From the IMG/VR virus record IMGVR_UViG_3300017747_002313: a stretch of 64,000 bases of DNA. The stretch is one strand, 5' to 3'. The stretch is from an uncultured virus (IMG/VR IMGVR_UViG_3300017747_002313). Its lineage: Duplodnaviria; Heunggongvirae; Uroviricota; Caudoviricetes; Crassvirales. Under the pieces are notes generated by a model, which was given only the letters and a program-made list of their open reading frames with translations, did no database searches and was not told the origin of the DNA. This document shows, piece by piece, positions 58,620-64,000 of the stretch. Position numbers and translations under genes: made by a program. How positions within the stretch are numbered: position 1 is the stretch's first letter; the number at the start of each line of letters is the position of its first letter.

Positions 58620-58967
58620 TTATAATACCCTGCACATAATCATGCTTCTATCAGTGTTCTTGTAGAACATCATTCTTACATTCTGATCGTACTCATTCTT
58701 GTAGAACCATACGTTAACCTCTGCACCTGATTTCTTGTCTGTGAATTTTTCGTCAGGATTTGCAGCATTCATTCCATATGCATCTAACCAGTTGTAAACA
58801 ATACCATTCATATCAAAGCTGCTTCCTTTAAATGATACTAGGTTAGTGTCACCTTTTACATAATACCACTCAAAGTCTGGAGCTGAGCTGTGGTTCTTGT
58901 AAGTCTCTTGTGCTGTGGCGATGAAGCTAAACGCTAACATGATTGCCGATAAAATTGCTTTCTTCAT
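58620..58967 (-). CDS. secreted/periplasmic protein
   Basis: Signal peptide MKKAILSAIMLAFSFIATA-Q; own promoter box (58995-59002) and terminator. Confidence 0.7.
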   Translation of the reverse strand: MKKAILSAIMLAFSFIATAQETYKNHSSAPDFEWYYVKGDTNLVSFKGSSFDMNGIVYNWLDAYGMNAANPDEKFTDKKSGAEVNVWFYKNEYDQNVRMMFYKNTDRSMIMCRVL

Positions 58968-59062
58968 AGTTGTTATTTAATTGAGTTTCTATTTCAAATG
59001 TAGTCAAAAAAAAATACCCACCAAATTTTTTGGCAGGTATTTTTCAAAAAAAAATATATTTA

Positions 59063-60010
59063 TCACTTATATCGCATCTTTCCAGCTTGCATTCTTCCTT
59101 TCATACCAGGTTTTTTCTCAACTTGTTCAGCCATTTTTTCTTTAGTGAAGTACTTAGTTTTTCCTACCTGCTCCTTCTTTTCGAACTTCTGTGCTTTACG
59201 AGTGTCTCTTATAGCACTACCAACTTTTACACCAGTCTCTTTTCTAGCAGCTCTAAGATCACTACGCATAGTTTTATATCCAGCTTTTTTCTCTTTAGAA
59301 AATGCACCTGCAACAACTCTAGGTCCTTGGTTTTCGTCAGCTAATGCCTTAGTACGAGTGTACGCTCCAGCTAACTTCTCTTCTCTTCGGAATTTAGCTA
59401 CTTCGATCTGACCCTTGATGTTCAAATCAGTCTTAGTAAGTTTATTCTTTTGAATAGGACCACTAACTCTAGGGTTCTTTTTTATTTGTCGACGTTTACC
59501 AGCAGGTGCTTCAATAGCTTTGTTAACCATCTCAGGCTTCTTTTTTTGAATAAGTGTAGGGCTAGGTGTAGATTGAGTAAGCTTTCTTGTTGGTAACTTA
59601 CCTACCTCTCCCTTTTCAGGTGTCTTAACTTGATTTTTAGGGGTAAAGTTAACTGGAGTTTGATAGAATTTTTTATCTCTCTCTGGATGAGCAAAATCAC
59701 CTTGAAAACTATTAACCCCATCTTTATTCATTGGATTATTAGGATCGTATCTAACTTCTTTATACTTAAGCTTACCTCCTTTAGCTAAATTTTGTTTATT
59801 AAACTCTTCTAATTGAGATGGATTCATTTTAACTATACCCTTAGAGTACCTACCCCCACCTGGAACATAATCATCAGTTTTAGTTCCTCTTAAGAATTCT
59901 TTCTCAATTTCATTATAACCAGCGTATTTATCTTTTTTTTTCTCTGGTTCACCTGGAGCCTTTGTAGTGGTATTAACGGTCATTCGACCTGTTCTCATTT
60001 TTGTTGCCAT
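59063..60010 (-). CDS. very basic Lys-rich protein
   Basis: ORF track; low-complexity K/R/G. Confidence 0.65.
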   Translation of the reverse strand: MATKMRTGRMTVNTTTKAPGEPEKKKDKYAGYNEIEKEFLRGTKTDDYVPGGGRYSKGIVKMNPSQLEEFNKQNLAKGGKLKYKEVRYDPNNPMNKDGVNSFQGDFAHPERDKKFYQTPVNFTPKNQVKTPEKGEVGKLPTRKLTQSTPSPTLIQKKKPEMVNKAIEAPAGKRRQIKKNPRVSGPIQKNKLTKTDLNIKGQIEVAKFRREEKLAGAYTRTKALADENQGPRVVAGAFSKEKKAGYKTMRSDLRAARKETGVKVGSAIRDTRKAQKFEKKEQVGKTKYFTKEKMAEQVEKKPGMKGRMQAGKMRYK

Positions 60011-60030
60011 GACATGTTTTTAAAAAGTAA

Positions 60031-60327
60031 TTACTCGACAAAGTTAGTAAATTCAAATGAATTACAAACAGAGTTCTCGCACGCAGTTATTTCTACAAAC
60101 CTACTCATGCGAAACGCTGGCTCCTGATACCGACCAAGAAGCTGCTGATATATCTCCTCGTTGCGAACCTCCTCCAATAAAACACCAGTGACAATCCCAT
60201 CGTTCTCCAATACCTGCCGAACAGTATACTCCTCACCCTTCTTCACCCACTGTGGGTACACCATACACACGAACTCTATCTGGTCCGCCTTGATCGAGTC
60301 ATCTATGCACAGCAGCTTACTCCTCAT
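60031..60327 (-). CDS. conserved hypothetical phage protein
   Basis: CIDD......W..KG..YTV......GV.L.E..N...F...RF. Confidence 0.65.
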   Translation of the reverse strand: MRSKLLCIDDSIKADQIEFVCMVYPQWVKKGEEYTVRQVLENDGIVTGVLLEEVRNEEIYQQLLGRYQEPAFRMSRFVEITACENSVCNSFEFTNFVE

Positions 60328-60411
60328 TGTTCATCATTATATACCTCTTACCATCGGTAAGCCAACGCAGCACATAGTTCGTCTGACGCCTCTTAGACCT
60401 CTGAATGTACG

Positions 60412-60637
60412 AAAATGTTGACTTGTGTCGAGAAATGTCGGTCCAGTGTCGAGAAAATGTCGACTCAAAAACACGTAAGTTATTGATCCTGTGCATATTA
60501 TCCATTTTTAGTGTCGAGATGTCGACTTTACTGCAAAAAAAATATTTTTTTTATTTTTTCCTACTACTACTACTATATATATACTAATTTTTTTTTATTT
60601 ATAATTGGTAAAAAAGTCAACATCTTAACACTAAAAA
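60412..60637. repeat. GTGTCGAGA(A)nTGTCGAC direct and inverted repeats flanking an AT-rich core (origin-like)
   Basis: Copies at 60425, 60446, 60511; 25-bp inverted pair 60505-60529 / 60613-60637 with 3 mismatches. Confidence 0.65.
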
Positions 60638-61025
60638 CACTAAAACCCTTACTACGACTGGGCTGTAGGAGTTTTGCATGTAACATCAACTCAGCACAAA
60701 CCGACACTAAATCGGGCTTTTCAACAAATTCTAACATCTTTTTTCGGGGGTCGCATATTCGGGGGTAGTGGGTAATATACCCATTTCACGTGACCACCCA
60801 TCAAACGAAAACCGATCAAAATCGAGGTGGGGGGTATGCATTTTGGATAAATGCATTGAACTTTTTAGCTTTTTGTTGAGGGGGTGCATGTGGGTAGGTA
60901 GGTAGCACTCTACGCGCGCGCGCACATGTGTATGTATATAGATGGCTGTGGCTGTAGGTATATAGATAGACCTACCAACATACATACATACATATGTTGC
61001 GGCACATCATTCGATCAACCATTCT

Positions 61026-61053
61026 ATTTAACATAATGTAAATTATAGGACAA
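61026..61053 (-). other. dif-like XerCD site
   Basis: Minus strand TTGTCCTATAA-TTTACA-TTATGTTAAAT: 11-6-11 layout, right arm identical to the canonical XerD arm. Confidence 0.8.
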
Positions 61054-61318
61054 GCATACCTAACACCATGCAAGACGATCAATAGATCAACCAATCGGCA
61101 TGCAGTCCGTTCGTTCGGTGATCATAGGCGCATATCATTAGACGTTGAATAACATCCCTAACCAACCAAACTATTGAAAATCTAGCAAAATCCGACGTAA
61201 TATCCGCGTAACTATCTGAAGATCAGTAGATAGATATGTATAAAAGCAAATTGTAACGTGTATTTTTATTTAGAATGAGTATAAATAAGCTATAAAATGA
61301 AAAATAGTTATGCGAAAG

Positions 61319-61350
61319 TTTGCATAATCCAATCAACTGCCGTACATTTG
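61319..61350 (+). promoter_or_regulatory. Bacteroidota sigma-A promoter for the early region
   Basis: TTTG (61319-61322), 20-nt spacer, TACATTTG (61343-61350). Confidence 0.8.
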
Positions 61351-61354
61351 TTTC

Positions 61355-61672
61355 AACAAGATGAGGGAACGACCTCAGATAAAGCTTAAGAGTAATTAAA
61401 AGGGGGTGACAAAGCCAACCACTGAACAAAGCTTAACAACACACATACGATCTTTGAAATAACGAAATCAGCAACAGTTTACTTCTTATCTAATAGAGCG
61501 CAAGTGATCGAACGGTAACAGAGGGATGAGTTGATTAGGACAATGGGCACAGCACCTAGTCGGGGTGTTGAGAATGCTGAAATAATAGACGGATCGCGGA
61601 CAGTTGTCGCGGCGATCACACACGGTGCAGTCAGAATGACTGATTAATGGTAGCGATAACCACTGCACCACT
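61355..61672 (+). ncRNA. candidate structured early leader RNA with boxA-like motif and 3' tRNA-like minihelix
   Basis: Non-coding, several hairpins; GATCTTTGAAA; GGTGCAG...TGGT-AGCGATA-ACCA-CTGCACC-A. Confidence 0.45.
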
Positions 61673-61693
61673 AACCAAATAAAAACAAACACC

Positions 61694-61816
61694 ATGAGAA
61701 CAGTAGAAAGATTAATTGAAGTAGCTTTCATTAGCTTATTTGTAGCGGCATTTATTTTTGTCGCAGTTATGGCCTGCACAGGGCATGTATATGCGAGCCA
61801 TACGGGATTAGGATAG
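61694..61816 (+). CDS. tiny membrane protein (40 aa)
   Basis: Leader motif before ATG; hydrophobic core. Confidence 0.55.
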   Translation: MRTVERLIEVAFISLFVAAFIFVAVMACTGHVYASHTGLG

Positions 61817-61838
61817 TAGATTAATAAACCAAATTACC

Positions 61839-62024
61839 ATGAAAAGATATAGAATTGAACAGACGTTTGCACCAAGTGATGAATTAGATTACGTAGGTCA
61901 AAAAAGATACGTTATAGTTGATAATTTAGATAACTGCATTTTCAGTTGTGAACACATTAGCTATAGAGAAGCAAGTAGAGAATTAAAGGATTTAAACGAA
62001 GACAACCTAAAATTCGAACAGTAA
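61839..62024 (+). CDS. small early protein
   Basis: ORF track plus leader motif. Confidence 0.65.
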   Translation: MKRYRIEQTFAPSDELDYVGQKRYVIVDNLDNCIFSCEHISYREASRELKDLNEDNLKFEQ

Positions 62025-62047
62025 AGTAATCATATAAAACAATTACC

Positions 62048-62203
62048 ATGAAATTCAATTTAATAATTCTAAGCAAAATCAATAGCGATTATTACAGTAT
62101 GCAGGCTTTAGATAGAGAAGGTAACATTGTATATAAAGCTACAATACCAAGTGTAGATGCATGTAAGGTAATAATGAAATATAAGAACGTCAAGATTGTA
62201 TAA
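62048..62203 (+). CDS. small early protein (51 aa)
   Basis: Leader motif AAAACAATTACCATG. Confidence 0.6.
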   Translation: MKFNLIILSKINSDYYSMQALDREGNIVYKATIPSVDACKVIMKYKNVKIV

Positions 62204-62244
62204 TTCTTGACTGGCTAAAATTTAAACCAAATAAACCAAACACC

Positions 62245-62349
62245 ATGAGCAAGATCATTAAAATAGAGGGAGCATATGAGATCATAGGCTTTTTCGTAGA
62301 GGGACAATTGATTAGAACAACTAAAAGAAGAGTAACTAATTGGAAATAA
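62245..62349 (+). CDS. small early protein (34 aa)
   Basis: Leader motif AAACCAAACACCATG. Confidence 0.55.
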   Translation: MSKIIKIEGAYEIIGFFVEGQLIRTTKRRVTNWK

Positions 62350-62374
62350 TATTAACATTTAAAAACTAGAAATC

Positions 62375-62539
62375 ATGAAAATCGAAAAAATAATTCAAGA
62401 GTATAAGTTTATTAAGTTAGTTAAAACAGAAATGATAATGGGGGGAAATTATGCCGTAATTAATGGCGATAGAGCAAAAACAGGTCTAACATTAGATGCG
62501 GCTTATGATCTATTTAAATTATTAAAAAAACTAGGTTAA
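62375..62539 (+). CDS. small early protein (54 aa)
   Basis: A-rich leader; stop codon is part of hammerhead stem I. Confidence 0.6.
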   Translation: MKIEKIIQEYKFIKLVKTEMIMGGNYAVINGDRAKTGLTLDAAYDLFKLLKKLG

Positions 62540-62612
62540 CTGACGAGTCTTAGATAGACGAAAGCAATTAAATGAACGGATGTTCAGCCATGCGAATGGT
62601 TTGCTATTAACC
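62534..62612 (+). ncRNA. type I hammerhead ribozyme
   Basis: GGTTAA-CTGACGA-GTCT(TAGAT)AGAC-GAA-AGCAA...TTGCT-A-TTAACC; all core bases and three stems present. Confidence 0.9.
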
Positions 62613-62628
62613 AAATAAAACAATTACC

Positions 62629-62799
62629 ATGAATAAATTAATCGGATTACTTATGGCTAATGGTATTAGCTATAAGAAGTTACCAAATAACCAATTCCAG
62701 GTAACAAGAGACGTTGTAAGTTATGATCTTAGAAATGATTTACACAAAATAGGATTTAACATCCATTTGTTAGACGTTACTGCAATTATTCACAAGTAA
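62629..62799 (+). CDS. small early protein (56 aa)
   Basis: Leader motif directly after the ribozyme cleavage site. Confidence 0.6.
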   Translation: MNKLIGLLMANGISYKKLPNNQFQVTRDVVSYDLRNDLHKIGFNIHLLDVTAIIHK

Positions 62800-62810
62800 A
62801 ACCAATCACC

Positions 62811-62924
62811 ATGCAAGCAAACGAATTTCACGATCTCAATGATCGCATGACTATTTTACGCATGAAAGCATTGCGTATCACATTGGCAGACGGAATGTGT
62901 ACATATCTGTTAGCATTTAATTAA
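62811..62924 (+). CDS. small early protein (37 aa)
   Basis: Leader motif AAAACCAATCACCATG. Confidence 0.5.
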   Translation: MQANEFHDLNDRMTILRMKALRITLADGMCTYLLAFN

Positions 62925-62947
62925 TAACCAAATAAAAAATAGAAACC

Positions 62948-63160
62948 ATGAGAAAGAATTTTAATTTAAACGACGAAGAATTCATCATCTGTATGAGTTA
63001 CATTCTTCAACAAAAGAATAACTACATCTCTGAGTTAGAGATAGCATTAAAAAACAACAGCAATGAATGCTTGACTGAATACTATCAGAGAGAGATAGAC
63101 AAAATCAACGATTTCGAAGATAGGTTATCATTGAAATTCAACATTAAAATTAACCAGTAA
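62948..63160 (+). CDS. small early protein
   Basis: ORF track plus leader motif. Confidence 0.65.
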   Translation: MRKNFNLNDEEFIICMSYILQQKNNYISELEIALKNNSNECLTEYYQREIDKINDFEDRLSLKFNIKINQ

Positions 63161-63171
63161 AACAAATCACC

Positions 63172-63336
63172 ATGCAAGAAATAATTAATCAAGCAATCAA
63201 CGATATGTTTGTCGGGGTTGCGCAGGATAATGGATTGTCAACGGGGGACATCAGTCCCCTTGATGATATGATCATTGATGATATAAAGGAACAGTTGCAA
63301 GAGGTATTGCAACGATTTGTAGAACAAAACAGATAG
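63172..63336 (+). CDS. small early protein (54 aa)
   Basis: Leader motif AAAACAAATCACCATG. Confidence 0.6.
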   Translation: MQEIINQAINDMFVGVAQDNGLSTGDISPLDDMIIDDIKEQLQEVLQRFVEQNR

Positions 63337-63338
63337 CC

Positions 63339-63557
63339 ATGTACGGAAGAGTAACAGATCAGAAGCTTAAAAGCTACGGAAAGATAGTAGAGTATTGGCC
63401 TAACAAGTTGAATAGGTACATGCGTCACGTTAGATTCCAAGGCAGCGAGAAGACGTACACCATGAGCAAGGACGCGATCCAGGATTTAAATGACTTGGAG
63501 ATGATCGAGCAATGGGAGTCTATAGATAGACAGATGTTAAACCAAATAAACAAGTAA
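63339..63557 (+). CDS. small early protein
   Basis: ORF track. Confidence 0.6.
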   Translation: MYGRVTDQKLKSYGKIVEYWPNKLNRYMRHVRFQGSEKTYTMSKDAIQDLNDLEMIEQWESIDRQMLNQINK

Positions 63558-63559
63558 CC

Positions 63560-63673
63560 ATGAAAGCAAAAACATTTTTACCCTTGTTCACAGGGTTCTA
63601 CGGATCAATATGGGATGACGTAGATTTTTACGGAGAGGACGAAATCAGCCAGTATAGTATTAACGAAAATTAG
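63560..63673 (+). CDS. short ORF (37 aa, MKAKTFLPLFTGFYGSIW...), possibly truncated
   Basis: Leader motif before ATG. Confidence 0.4.
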   Translation: MKAKTFLPLFTGFYGSIWDDVDFYGEDEISQYSINEN

Positions 63674-63757
63674 GAGTCATGGAAGTAGTTATCTTTGTAG
63701 TAGAATGCTGGTTGATCGGAGTAATCGATGTGCTAATTGAGGAAGAACGTAAGTGAT

Positions 63758-63955
63758 ATGTGGCAAGCAGTCGTCAGACCTGTTGGCATTCCAGAGGAGT
63801 GGGTGATAGGTGTGCTGTATGGGGAGACGCATGAGGAGAGGTACAGCGAGATCGTAGCGTACATGTTAGAGATGGGTATCCAAGAATTCGAGGTGATGCA
63901 CTATGCACCATTGAGGTGCACAGCTGTAGCGATTGAGGATATCTTCCTGAATTAG
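63758..63955 (+). CDS. small hypothetical protein
   Basis: ORF track, internal ATG. Confidence 0.5.
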   Translation: MWQAVVRPVGIPEEWVIGVLYGETHEERYSEIVAYMLEMGIQEFEVMHYAPLRCTAVAIEDIFLN

Positions 63956-64000
63956 TGTCAAGATTTGTTAAAATCTGTTAAATCGTGCTGACAAATGTTG

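Noticed and set aside
61624..61672. A true tRNA gene
   Set aside because: Too short, no D or anticodon arm, no TTCRA loop; kept only as a tRNA-like minihelix
60317..61779. ORF-track calls in the divergence region (60317-60985, 61223-61429, 61486-61779)
   Set aside because: Low-complexity translations overlapping repeats, the promoter and structured leader; no leader motif
1..64000. Stop-codon reassignment
   Set aside because: Core genes are full length in the standard code, and TAA, TAG and TGA all end genes

Overview
Most of the genome of a tailed dsDNA phage of a Bacteroidota (Flavobacteria-like) host, probably a podovirus of the chaperonin-encoding Cellulophaga phi38:1-like type (inferred from gene content and order, not from a search). 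The host call rests on TAnnTTTG promoter boxes, a DUF3127-type SSB and a BT4734/VirE-N primase-helicase. Layout: (+) 1-5.1 kb AT-rich accessory region; (+) 5.1-14.9 kb recombination/replication genes; (-) 14.9-60.3 kb virion, packaging, lysis, tail-fibre and groEL/groES genes; 60.3-61.3 kb non-coding divergence region with repeats and a dif-like site; (+) 61.3-64 kb array of tiny early genes. The main find is an integron-like cassette system at 1.75-5.0 kb. Three attC-like hairpins share one geometry (TAAC-5nt-arm...arm-T-GTTA). Each cassette has self-complementary ends, each of the two mini-arrays ends in a conserved non-hairpin site, the cargo is mostly DNA-modification enzymes, and no integrase is in the window. 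Also found: a complete hammerhead ribozyme and a tRNA-like minihelix placed directly before early-gene leaders, a XerCD dif-like site, and a glycosyltransferase coupled to a poly-Thr (mucin-like) virion protein between two halves of the tail nozzle gene. All protein calls come from motif recognition by eye.
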